A stretch of DNA of 64,000 bases from a virus: IMG/VR virus record IMGVR_UViG_3300006853_000001; one strand, written 5' to 3'. The stretch's first letter is position 1; the number at the start of each line of letters is the position of its first letter. A program made the position numbers and the translations under genes. Below the pieces are notes generated by a model, which did not search any database, had not been told where the DNA came from, and saw nothing but the letters and a program-made list of their open reading frames with translations. Of this stretch, positions 8,240 to 16,522 are shown in pieces.

Positions 8240-9306
8240 GGCTGGTCCCCTGTGAACGCCCGGCGACCGTTTCGCCGGTAGATGTTCGCCGAGGTATCCG
8301 AGGAGCTACCCGCCGGTCTCCCGGCGCCGAATCCTCGCGCCCGGTCGTACCAGCTCCGGCCCGCCGCCGCAACGGGGTCCGGTTTCACGTCTCGCCAGAC
8401 CTTCCGGAGCTTATACTCGCACCACTCCCAGCGGAACTCGTCGCCCTCCGGGTGCTCCAGCAGCGCGTGCTGCTCGCGCATCACCTCCCGCGCGTCGTCC
8501 CACGCCAGGCCCGCCTTGCGCAGCAGGAACGCCACGTTGTTCACGAACTCGTCACGTGATCCCACCGGCACGACGTCCGTCACCAGCCGGACCAGCCGGG
8601 TGCCGGCGTCCGTCCCGACCCGCGACCCGACCCGCTGGGCGGTGACCACCCCCAGCCTCCGGCGGGTGCCGGACCGGAACACCGGCGCCGTCCGCGCCCA
8701 CTCCGTGACCTCCGGGGACGGCGGCCGCGGCGCGAGGTCGTTCAGCCACTCGTAGCCGGGGGACGGCGGTACGATGACCAGTCCGCCCTCCGCCTTGACG
8801 TCAACGCCCCGCCGTGTCACCGCGTTGCGGGACCGGACGTCCGTCCCGTTCGGCAGGGCGTACACCAGGTGGAAGCCGCCCGACCGTGTTCGCTGGCGCA
8901 GCGTGTTCGGGAACGACCACGGCAGCCCGGTGACCTCCTCCCACGCGTCGTGCGCCTCCGGTCCGCCGTGCTTGACGTCGAAGTCCACGACGAAGATGCC
9001 CGACGCGCGCCCGGTGCGCACGGCGAGCACGTCCGCGTCCGGGAACGCGTCGCACGTGCGGTCCCAGGCGTCCGGGTCGCGGGTTCCCGCGTAGAGGCCG
9101 TGGCAGGTGGTGTGCGGGCAGGCGTCCGGCCGGTGCGGCGTCGCCCGGCACGCCGGACACATCGGCAGCGACCGCCGGACGCCGTCCGGTCCGGTGCGCT
9201 CCGGGAAGACGGCCCAGCCGCGCTCGGCTATGTACCGGTGACCGGCCGCGCGAATGACGTCTCCCGCCGGGTACACCTCGCCGGTCTGCCGTGGTATTGT
9301 CGACAC
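8236..9306 (-). CDS. bifunctional DNA primase/polymerase (AEP prim-pol)
   Basis: The motifs IFVVDFDVKHGG (DxD), RSGGFHLVY and GVDVKAEGGLVIVPPS are present. GTG 9306 follows AGGAGG. The ORF track start at 9405 is likely too long. Confidence 0.8.
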   Translation of the reverse strand: MSTIPRQTGEVYPAGDVIRAAGHRYIAERGWAVFPERTGPDGVRRSLPMCPACRATPHRPDACPHTTCHGLYAGTRDPDAWDRTCDAFPDADVLAVRTGRASGIFVVDFDVKHGGPEAHDAWEEVTGLPWSFPNTLRQRTRSGGFHLVYALPNGTDVRSRNAVTRRGVDVKAEGGLVIVPPSPGYEWLNDLAPRPPSPEVTEWARTAPVFRSGTRRRLGVVTAQRVGSRVGTDAGTRLVRLVTDVVPVGSRDEFVNNVAFLLRKAGLAWDDAREVMREQHALLEHPEGDEFRWEWCEYKLRKVWRDVKPDPVAAAGRSWYDRARGFGAGRPAGSSSDTSANIYRRNGRRAFTGDQP

Positions 9307-9555
9307 GTAGCGTAGACCTCCTATTCTGTTGTTTAGCGCGGGCGCCCCTGACTTCCTGGCCGAGGGCGCCCCCGTGTTTCTCCGGGTAGACAGGCAGCCT
9401 ACCACCGGTGGCCGCTGTGATCATTTCCCAGACGCGGCTCGTTCCGGCGGGATCTGGTCGCCGCCCCGGCGCCCCGGTTGTGGTATGATCTGGTAGGAGC
9501 CGACGCCTCCGGCCACGGCCGGCGCCGGCTCCCGACCCCTCCAGGGAGGCGAGAG
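9307..9555. promoter_or_regulatory. divergent control region between the leftward and rightward operons
   Basis: A 249 bp gap separates genes on opposite strands. It contains two copies of the palindromic GGGCGCCC(C) at 9340-9348 and 9364-9373, and an extended -10 TGGTATGAT at 9481-9489 (+). Confidence 0.55.
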
Positions 9556-10146
9556 ATGATTCCGAGCGACCGGCGGGAGCGACCCCGCGTGAGTCCCCCC
9601 GAGACCTACGGCTCCGTCGAGGCGCCGCGGCTCCGCGACGTCACGGTGCCGCTGCCCGACGACGACAGCGGGGAACTTCGCGTCCGGGCCCGGCTCCTCG
9701 GGTACTCCAGCAGCGAGCGGACCCGGCACTCGCACGACGGCGACGTCGCGCCTCCCGGCCGACGGTGCTCCGCATGTCGGTGGTTCGAGGTCCGGATCTA
9801 CGAGGTGGACGTCGAGTACGTCGAGGACTGCACGTGCGAGGCGACCGCCGGCGTGTCCGGGCGGGTGTCGCCCTCCCCGGACCCGGCGATCCACGACCGG
9901 GACTGCGGAGTCGTGGACGCCCGCGCGCGCTACCTGGTCGCCACCTCCGGCCCCAGCGTCGTACCGGGCGAGGTGAACCGCCGCCGGGCGGTGTGGACCG
10001 ACTCGCCCTGGGAGGTCCGTGAGCTGCTCACCCAGCGGAACGGCGCCGACGTCTTCGTGCCGGCACGGTCCGCACGGGCCCTCTCCCAGGCCGCGCGGTG
10101 GGACGAGGGCCTCCGGGAGGCCTACGTGTCGTGCGCGGCGGCGTAG
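9556..10146 (+). CDS. hypothetical Cys-containing protein
   Basis: ATG 9556 follows GGGAGGCGAGAG. The product is 196 aa and contains CSACRW and CTCE motifs. The antisense 305 aa ORF looks like a GC shadow. Confidence 0.5.
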   Translation: MIPSDRRERPRVSPPETYGSVEAPRLRDVTVPLPDDDSGELRVRARLLGYSSSERTRHSHDGDVAPPGRRCSACRWFEVRIYEVDVEYVEDCTCEATAGVSGRVSPSPDPAIHDRDCGVVDARARYLVATSGPSVVPGEVNRRRAVWTDSPWEVRELLTQRNGADVFVPARSARALSQAARWDEGLREAYVSCAAA

Positions 10147-10155
10147 GAGTCCGCC

Positions 10156-10425
10156 GTGACGCCGTCCGACGTTCCCGACGTCCCCGAGCCCGCCGCGCGG
10201 CACCGCTGCGAGCCGTGGGACGACATCCGGTTCCGTGCCGAGCTGAAGGCGAACTTCAACGGCCGGGTGTACGTGATCTACCGCAGCTCGAGCTGCCCGC
10301 GAGGCGAGTCCGCGTGCTACGTGCTGCGAGCCGTCCACCTCGTTCCGTCCGCCGACCTGGTCGCGGTGGCGCGTGTGTACCCGGGCCTCGGCAACGACGG
10401 CGACGTCTGCGTGTTCCTCGGCTAA
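10156..10425 (+). CDS. hypothetical protein
   Basis: GTG start after AGGAG; 89 aa. Confidence 0.5.
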   Translation: MTPSDVPDVPEPAARHRCEPWDDIRFRAELKANFNGRVYVIYRSSSCPRGESACYVLRAVHLVPSADLVAVARVYPGLGNDGDVCVFLG

Positions 10426-10433
10426 CTCGCCTG

Positions 10434-10462
10434 TTTACACCGTGATGTTGATGTGATATGAT
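10434..10462 (+). promoter_or_regulatory. sigma70/HrdB-like promoter (TTTACA-17 nt-TATGAT with TG extension)
   Basis: The -35 TTTACA is at 10434-10439, the spacer is 17 nt, and TGaTATGAT is at 10454-10462. The element is nearly identical to the one at 35243-35271, including the downstream TAAACGGACGG. Confidence 0.65.
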
Positions 10463-10517
10463 TAAACGGACGGACCGGCTACGCCGGGTCCGGGACGATT
10501 CGGATGATCGATGGGAT

Positions 10518-10976
10518 GTGGTTCACGTGACAGGCACCCAGGACCTCGGCTACCGGGTAGGTGACGTCGTCGAGTTCATCCCCGGTACGTCCGCCCGCCG
10601 GGCGGGCTGGCGCTTTCGGGTCAAGAAGATCATGCAGGTCAACGTGCAGCTCGAGGTCCCGGGTGAGACCCGCGGCCTGCGAGCCGACCGTGAGATCGTG
10701 CGCCGCTGCCCCGGCGCCGAACCCAGGCGTCCCGGCGTGTCGGCGGCCGAGGCCACGCCGATCGCGTACCACCCGCCGCTGGTCACCGGCCAGTTCGTGA
10801 CCGTCGCCGGGCCCGGCTGGAAGCAGCCACTAGACGTGATCTACTCCGTCATCCGCGACAACGTCGAGAACGTCAAGCTGGTCAGGGCCGGCGGCGAGGG
10901 CGGCCGGTACTGGCCGAAGGTGCCGCGGGCGTACTGCACGCCCGTGACGGTGACCTTGACGGTTGTGACGTCGTGA
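10518..10976 (+). CDS. hypothetical protein
   Basis: The ATG at 10458 in the ORF track sits inside the -10 box, so a start downstream of the predicted transcription start is more likely. GTG 10518 marks the rise in GC3. Confidence 0.45.
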   Translation: MVHVTGTQDLGYRVGDVVEFIPGTSARRAGWRFRVKKIMQVNVQLEVPGETRGLRADREIVRRCPGAEPRRPGVSAAEATPIAYHPPLVTGQFVTVAGPGWKQPLDVIYSVIRDNVENVKLVRAGGEGGRYWPKVPRAYCTPVTVTLTVVTS

Positions 10977-11224
10977 GGGCTCCGCTGCCGGGTCCCACCG
11001 ACCCGAAGGAGCTCTACGAGAGCCTCGAGGTCCTCAACCGTGCGATCGAGGGCACGACGGCGGAGGTGGCCTTTGATCTCGTCGTCGACGCGCTGTTGCG
11101 CCACACCGTGTTCCACAGCCCTCACATCATGGCCGAGTGCAACTCACTGTCCGCTACGATCTCGCGGTTCCAGCGGCTGTACCGGCCGACCGACGCCGAA
11201 CTTCGAAGGAGAGAGTCACCGTGA
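10973..11224 (+). CDS. hypothetical protein
   Basis: 83 aa ORF with a GTGA start/stop overlap. Confidence 0.45.
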   Translation: MRAPLPGPTDPKELYESLEVLNRAIEGTTAEVAFDLVVDALLRHTVFHSPHIMAECNSLSATISRFQRLYRPTDAELRRRESP

Positions 11225-11661
11225 GTCGCAGGTTCTCCGTCAACCTCACCACCGGCGCCGACGCCGTCATCAAGGTTGAGCTATCCGACGACGAGCTGAC
11301 CGCGATCGCCGAGAACCTCGGCGTTCCGGTCGCCGACCTAACCCTCGCCGACCTGAGTGAGACGGTTCTGGATAAAGCCCACGAGCTGGCGCCCTCGATC
11401 TGCGCGCAGTGCGCGGGCTGGAGTAATGACGATGTGTCGCTGAGTCTCGATGACGAGTGGGAGGCCACCGACGAGCCACCGCACGTAGACCTGTCGTGGG
11501 TCTCCCCCGCGGTGGCGAGGTTCTTCGGCGAACGTGAGAACCTAGACGTCAATGCGGTGAGACCGTTGATCGACGCGCTGCTGGCCGCCGCAGGTGAGCA
11601 CGTACGCACCCAGGCCGCCCGGTATCCGGCGGTCGAGGAGATCACCCACAACCGAGAGTGA
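11221..11661 (+). CDS. hypothetical acidic protein
   Basis: GTG 11221 follows GGAGAG and overlaps the upstream stop. The ORF track start at 11137 is less likely. Confidence 0.5.
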   Translation: MSRRFSVNLTTGADAVIKVELSDDELTAIAENLGVPVADLTLADLSETVLDKAHELAPSICAQCAGWSNDDVSLSLDDEWEATDEPPHVDLSWVSPAVARFFGERENLDVNAVRPLIDALLAAAGEHVRTQAARYPAVEEITHNRE

Positions 11662-11685
11662 AGTTTGACGAGAGGATGATGAGAG

Positions 11686-11892
11686 ATGCGTAGGTTGTTG
11701 CTTTCACTTCTGTTTTTCGGTAGCTGGCTGCTCGGGTCCGCGCTGTTCTACTGGTGGGGCCGGGTGCTGCTACCCGAGGTCGGTCTCACGGCACCGAACT
11801 ACTGGACCTGGTTCTGGGCCAGCCTGCCGATCATATTTTCCGTCTTATGCGGAACGCTACTCGCGGCGCTGTTCGGCGAGGTGAACCGGTGA
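11686..11892 (+). CDS. small membrane protein
   Basis: ATG after GAGAGGATGATGAGAG, with two hydrophobic helices. Confidence 0.55.
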   Translation: MRRLLLSLLFFGSWLLGSALFYWWGRVLLPEVGLTAPNYWTWFWASLPIIFSVLCGTLLAALFGEVNR

Positions 11893-12680
11893 GACGAATC
11901 ATCACCCGGGCCGAGCTGGTCGCCCTCGCCGAAGAGCTCGGCGTCCGAGCGTGCTGGCACGAGCCCGACGAGCAGAGCCTCACGGCGACCGTCGAGGGCA
12001 CAGACTTCGACAACGCCGGGTTCTGGCCGGCAGAGATGCACGGCCACACCGTAACGACGATTGACCTGCCCCGCGAGGGCGCCACCCGCTGGGTATCCGA
12101 TCGTCACGAGTACCGCGGACCGGTCGAGCTGAACGTCATCTTGTGGCGCACCGAGATACACGACGGCCGGCAGCTCCGCGTCGAGCCTCTCGCGTGCGTT
12201 AACCTCGCGACGCTGTGCGCCTGGGCAACCGGTCTGGATGACGAGACGGGCGACCGGATCGACTGGCACGAGAAGTTTGACGAAGTGCACGAGCAGCTGT
12301 CGAAGATTCTGCGCAATGCCGAAATCGAGCATCCGCTCGGTCTCGTCGGAGTACGCGACTTGGTTGCTCAGTGCGAGAAGCATCTAGCGCGGATTCACGA
12401 GCTAGAGGACCAACTTGCCGAAGTGAGTGACCTGACCGACCGGTTGGCGCTCAACCCCAACGTGTCATCTGCCGTCGTCGCCGAGCTTCGTGAGGCGCTC
12501 GACGGCGTACCCGCCGAACGTCTGACTGAGTCTAAGTACCGATCTAAGATCGCCCGTGAGATCTACAGCTTTGGCGATCATCTCGAGCGGACCGCGGAGC
12601 ACCGCGGCGTCGGACTGGCGGCACACGCGATCGTGAACGAGGTCGGCGACCGTGTCGGCCAGATGCCGAAGGCAACCTAG
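11889..12680 (+). CDS. hypothetical protein
   Basis: GTG 11889 overlaps the upstream stop (GTGA). The product is 263 aa with a coiled-coil-like C-terminal half. Confidence 0.5.
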   Translation: MRRIITRAELVALAEELGVRACWHEPDEQSLTATVEGTDFDNAGFWPAEMHGHTVTTIDLPREGATRWVSDRHEYRGPVELNVILWRTEIHDGRQLRVEPLACVNLATLCAWATGLDDETGDRIDWHEKFDEVHEQLSKILRNAEIEHPLGLVGVRDLVAQCEKHLARIHELEDQLAEVSDLTDRLALNPNVSSAVVAELREALDGVPAERLTESKYRSKIAREIYSFGDHLERTAEHRGVGLAAHAIVNEVGDRVGQMPKAT

Positions 12681-13078
12681 TGGGTTACGCGTGGTACGAC
12701 GCGGTGTCCGATGAGGTCGCGCTGACCGTGCCGTGCGGTACGTGCGCCGCGCGATCAGGCAAGCCGTGCGTCTACGTCTGGCCACACGGCGTCAACCCGA
12801 CGTCGACGGTTCGATCGGCCGACACCTGGCGGCTGGTCAACCGTGTCGGCCGACCGTGTAAACGACCGCACAACGCAAGACGCGATGAGATTCGCCGACG
12901 TCGTCGCCAGGTCGCTCTCTCGTCGCCGGTCGTGCCGGCGAACCGGGTACGTCGCGCCGCGGCGGTCGCCGAACGCGAGTTCGAGCTCCGCGAGTATGAG
13001 GCGCTGCGCGGCTGGCTCGAGAGTTACGCGTATGTACTAACCGGCGGACAGCCACCGGCCGAGGGGAGAGAGACGTGA
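12680..13078 (+). CDS. hypothetical protein with Cys cluster and basic tail (possible zinc-ribbon DNA binder)
   Basis: Contains PCGTCAARSGKPC...PCKRPHNARRDE and an RRRRR tract. The start shows a TAGTG overlap with the upstream stop. Confidence 0.45.
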   Translation: MGYAWYDAVSDEVALTVPCGTCAARSGKPCVYVWPHGVNPTSTVRSADTWRLVNRVGRPCKRPHNARRDEIRRRRRQVALSSPVVPANRVRRAAAVAEREFELREYEALRGWLESYAYVLTGGQPPAEGRET

Positions 13079-13509
13079 CGACTTCAGGCGACGGCGACTA
13101 CCTGGCCCTGCGCGGCACGTACATCGAGCGCATGCACGCCGCACTCAAGTTCGCGCACGACAACCGGCTAAAGGCGTTCCGGTACGCGGATTTTCTACGG
13201 CCGGACGTGGAACGTGATCTAACACAGCGGTCCGGCGAGGCCGGTCGTCAGCGTGCTCACGTGATGCCGTCAGCCCAGGAGGTCTCGTTCGCCCTCGACC
13301 GGCGGCTGGCCGGCGACCCGAAGTTCACCGGTCCGGTGGCGAACGAGCGCTGGGGGATCCGGCTCGCCAACACATACGCGCTGGTCGAGCTGCTGTACGC
13401 CCAGCGGTACACCAACTTCCTGCTGGAACGACTGCTGGGTCGATCGGGAGGGTCGACCGATCCACCGCCGTCGCAGGCACCCGAGCCGGGTCCGCCGGCA
13501 CAGGCGTGA
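13075..13509 (+). CDS. hypothetical protein
   Basis: 144 aa ORF with a GTGA overlap start. Confidence 0.5.
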   Translation: MTTSGDGDYLALRGTYIERMHAALKFAHDNRLKAFRYADFLRPDVERDLTQRSGEAGRQRAHVMPSAQEVSFALDRRLAGDPKFTGPVANERWGIRLANTYALVELLYAQRYTNFLLERLLGRSGGSTDPPPSQAPEPGPPAQA

Positions 13510-13515
13510 CAAACG

Positions 13516-13524
13516 TGATATAGT
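13516..13524 (+). promoter_or_regulatory. extended -10 promoter element TGATATAGT
   Basis: The element lies in the 110 bp gap upstream of the gene at 13620 and has the same 9-mer as the element at 123-131 (-). Confidence 0.45.
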
Positions 13525-13619
13525 CATACATAGGCGGCCCCGACCGTGCAGTCGCGACCCGAACTCCGGCCCGGCCGGGGCCCACACTCCCCGGCTACGC
13601 ACGTGCCAACTACGACGAG

Positions 13620-14411
13620 GTGATGAAGTTGCTGCAGAGATCAACGCACGTCGACGGCGTAGAGATCATCGAGCGGAGGCCCGCCGAGGGTCCTCACCCC
13701 CACCCCCGCTTCAACGGCAAGATCGTATCGATAACGCACGCCAACCACCTACTGCTCGCCGACGAGCGGGAGCTCTACGAGTGCGATCACTGCGGGTGGC
13801 GTCACGTGAACCTCAAGTCTGTGGTCTCGCACATGCCCGCACACTCTCCGACCAAGAACGCCCCCGACTACCCGGTCGACGTCCTGCGCACCCTCGTTCA
13901 GCTGGTCCGGGACTTCGAGAGTCAGCACGTTCGTGGTAAGTGCGAGAAGACCGCGGCCGAGCTGAACCGGCGCGGCGTCCCGCGTCGTGACGGCCGACCG
14001 TGGAACGGCCAGAACGTGTCACAGCTGTATCGCACGCACATGGACAAGTTCCGGAACCGGCCGTCCCGTTCACTCCGACCGCCGCAGCCGCAGCCGCAGC
14101 CGCAGCCGGATCTGGACACCCAGACGCCCACCACGACTGTAACTTCGGCGACCGAGACCGCCGACGTCGCGCACGCGCCCGACACGGCGCCTAAGGCACG
14201 GCGGCCGCGCCGTACAACACATGTTGACCTCGAGACCCAGACACGTGCCTTGGCGACCCGGGCCGCCGCCGCGGCGCTCCACCTGGCGCAGCTCGAGCAC
14301 GACCTGCTGGAGCTTGCAGACCGCGTCGCCGTGGCGAGCGCTCACGCCGACTCGCAGGTGCTCGAGAAGGCCGAGAAGTGGGATCAGATGCAGAAGCTGA
14401 TGAATCGTTAG
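13620..14411 (+). CDS. putative DNA-binding protein (C2H2-like finger plus recombinase-domain-like helix-turn-helix)
   Basis: CDHCGWRHVNLKSVVSHMPAH is C2H2-like. AAELNRRGVPRRDGRPWNGQNVSQLY resembles the DNA-binding 'recombinase' domain. There is a PQ repeat (CCGCAG x4 at 14082-14108) and a coiled-coil C-terminus. Confidence 0.45.
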   Translation: MMKLLQRSTHVDGVEIIERRPAEGPHPHPRFNGKIVSITHANHLLLADERELYECDHCGWRHVNLKSVVSHMPAHSPTKNAPDYPVDVLRTLVQLVRDFESQHVRGKCEKTAAELNRRGVPRRDGRPWNGQNVSQLYRTHMDKFRNRPSRSLRPPQPQPQPQPDLDTQTPTTTVTSATETADVAHAPDTAPKARRPRRTTHVDLETQTRALATRAAAAALHLAQLEHDLLELADRVAVASAHADSQVLEKAEKWDQMQKLMNR

Positions 14412-14420
14412 GACGGCAAC

Positions 14421-15443
14421 TTGCTGTGTATAGTTGAGGGCCCGGACGGCGCGGGTAAGTCCACCCTCGTCGCCGCGGTCGCCGCCGCCCTCCGCGCCAC
14501 GTGTCCCCACGATGATGTGGAGGTCTGGCACGCCGGACCTCCACCTCCGGGCGCGCACCCGCTGGACCTGTACGCCCGGCCGCTGTACGACTATCGGCCG
14601 GGCGTCGGTCGTCACATCATCTGCGACCGGTGGCACGTCGGGGAGTGGGTGTACCCCGCCGTGTTCGGTCGCCCGTCCCGGGCGGATGAGGCGAGTCGCC
14701 GGTGGCTGGACATGTTCCTGCAGGCGCGTGGCGCCCTGTTAGTTCACGTGAACCCGCCGCTGTCACGTGTCGAGGCGCAGCTCCGAGCACGTGGCGACAG
14801 CACGGTTGTCCCCGGACAGCTACCCGAGCTGTTTCTCCGTTATCACGCCGAGGTCGCCCGGTCACGGCTGCGCCGGTGGCACCTGACACACGACAGCTGG
14901 TCGGCGGCCGGCGTCGCCGAGGTGGTTCTCGAGGAGGCACGACGCGCGGAGGATGAGGCTATCCCACTCGGCCGATTCGCCACGTACGCGGGTCCTGCGC
15001 GACCCCACTACCTCCTGCTGGGCGACGTGCGCCACCAGTTGCGCGACCGTGTTGGTTCGTTTTTAACACCTCGGCACAGCGTCGCGTACGGTCCGGCGTT
15101 TGGGCCGTATCCCGGCACGTCAGGCCACTACCTGTTAACGTACCTTCCCGAGGCGATGTTTCACGCCGGCGGCGACGCGGGCATCGGCGTCGCGAACGCC
15201 TGCGACGTGGATGACTGGAAGGATCTGTGGGACGTGCTCGGCGAACCACTGATCGTGACGCTGGGCGTACGTGCGACACGTGAGTTAGGATCATTCGCAC
15301 GAGGCTCGACGCCTCACCCGCAGTACGCACGGCGATTTCACTTTAACGACGCCGTCAGGTACGGTCAAGCGATCCACCGCGCGGGGCGATACGGGGAGCA
15401 CGTGCGTAGGTGGCACGATGTCGATACCACCGGTGAGAACTAA
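14421..15443 (+). CDS. fusion protein: thymidylate/dNMP kinase-like P-loop domain plus UDG-superfamily-like domain
   Basis: The N-terminus has VEGPDGAGKST (Tmk P-loop) and ICDRW (the DR motif). The C-terminus (about aa 185-320) carries UDG-like motifs in the expected order: YLLLGDVRHQ, GPAFGPYPGTSGHYLL, VANACD, IVTLGVRA, TPHPQY. Confidence 0.55.
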   Translation: MLCIVEGPDGAGKSTLVAAVAAALRATCPHDDVEVWHAGPPPPGAHPLDLYARPLYDYRPGVGRHIICDRWHVGEWVYPAVFGRPSRADEASRRWLDMFLQARGALLVHVNPPLSRVEAQLRARGDSTVVPGQLPELFLRYHAEVARSRLRRWHLTHDSWSAAGVAEVVLEEARRAEDEAIPLGRFATYAGPARPHYLLLGDVRHQLRDRVGSFLTPRHSVAYGPAFGPYPGTSGHYLLTYLPEAMFHAGGDAGIGVANACDVDDWKDLWDVLGEPLIVTLGVRATRELGSFARGSTPHPQYARRFHFNDAVRYGQAIHRAGRYGEHVRRWHDVDTTGEN

Positions 15444-15457
15444 GGTGAGAGATTAAC

Positions 15458-15667
15458 GTGAACTGCTCGAAGTGCAGCAACGGTGACTTACCGTACGAGT
15501 GGACGGTTACGGCGGACGGCGACCCACGGGACATCATACTGTATCGTGGTCCCGACGAGTTAGCCGCGCGTGCGACGCTCGCCGCGGAGACGCCGGTCAA
15601 CGGCTGGGGTGCGACGCTCACGCGTCGTCACGTCGGACCGAGTGAGATCATGGCAACCAACCGCTAG
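15458..15667 (+). CDS. hypothetical protein
   Basis: 69 aa ORF with GTG start after GAGAG. Confidence 0.45.
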   Translation: MNCSKCSNGDLPYEWTVTADGDPRDIILYRGPDELAARATLAAETPVNGWGATLTRRHVGPSEIMATNR

Positions 15668-15682
15668 ATAAGGAGATGCAAC

Positions 15683-16522
15683 GTGGGTGCTCTCATCGAG
15701 ATCGCCAACGGCGTTCGTGGCTACGGCGACTACGTGAATCACGTGCTCAACCGATCACATCCAAGAACCGCGCGCGGCCTGCCGACGCGTGACGCCGGTT
15801 TTACGGTGGTTGTGCTTCACGACGTCACCCAGTCGCTGCCACTCGATGTCGGTCGCCAGGTCAGCACAAAAATCGCGGCGCTGGAGGCGCTTCAACTCGT
15901 TGGAGGTCACTCGGATCCTCGGTCGCTGGTAGACGCCGCGCCGTTCTTCGGCGAGCTGCTGGAGCCCGACACCCGACGGTTTCACGGCGCATACGGCGAC
16001 CGAATTCGCGGCCAACTGGTCCAGGTTGTGACGAAGTTGCGCGAGGACCCCGGCTCACGGCAGGCCGTCATCACCCTGTGGGATCCGTGGCTGGACAACC
16101 AACCGGGCAAGAAGGACTACCCATGCACCGTTGCGATTGGGTTCGAGGTAGTTCGAGGTCGAGGCCTCGACATGAACGTCACCATGCGCAGTCAGGATGT
16201 CTGGCTCGGAACGCCCTACGACTGGTTCCAGTTCTCACTCCTTCAGATGACCGTTGCCCGACTACTTGGGGTCGAACCGGCGCTCTATCATCACACAACA
16301 TGGTCCACACACATCTACGAGCGTGATATCACAAAGCTCGACTGGCTGACCGATCCGCCACCCGCCGAGCATCGAACTCAGCAACCTCACACCGGTGTTG
16401 GAGAGGTTCTCGGCAACCCACACTCGACCACCCAGCGGGCACGTGACCTGCTGTTCGACGCCGTGAAGCCCGATGAGTTGTCCGTCTCCGAGAGGATCTT
16501 GCGTGACTGGCTCACCACCTAG
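15683..16522 (+). CDS. ThyA-family pyrimidine nucleotide C5 methylase/hydroxymethylase (Asp at the Asn177-equivalent position)
   Basis: RQAVITLWDP, YPCT (catalytic Cys148) and MRSQDVWLGTPYDWFQF align to E. coli ThyA SAWN, PCH and QRSCDVFLGLPFNIASY. Codon 16220-16222 (GAC) places Asp where ThyA has Asn177. Confidence 0.7.
   Translation: MGALIEIANGVRGYGDYVNHVLNRSHPRTARGLPTRDAGFTVVVLHDVTQSLPLDVGRQVSTKIAALEALQLVGGHSDPRSLVDAAPFFGELLEPDTRRFHGAYGDRIRGQLVQVVTKLREDPGSRQAVITLWDPWLDNQPGKKDYPCTVAIGFEVVRGRGLDMNVTMRSQDVWLGTPYDWFQFSLLQMTVARLLGVEPALYHHTTWSTHIYERDITKLDWLTDPPPAEHRTQQPHTGVGEVLGNPHSTTQRARDLLFDAVKPDELSVSERILRDWLTT

Noticed and set aside
9421-10338. 305 aa minus-strand ORF spanning the divergent region
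   Set aside because: It crosses the intergenic promoter region and lies antisense to two plus-strand genes with good ribosome-binding sites. The translation is Gly/Arg/Pro-rich low complexity.
13620-14411. Serine integrase / prophage attachment function
   Set aside because: Only the DNA-binding 'recombinase'-like helix is present. There is no N-terminal resolvase catalytic domain and no tyrosine recombinase motifs. No integrase gene is visible anywhere in the window.
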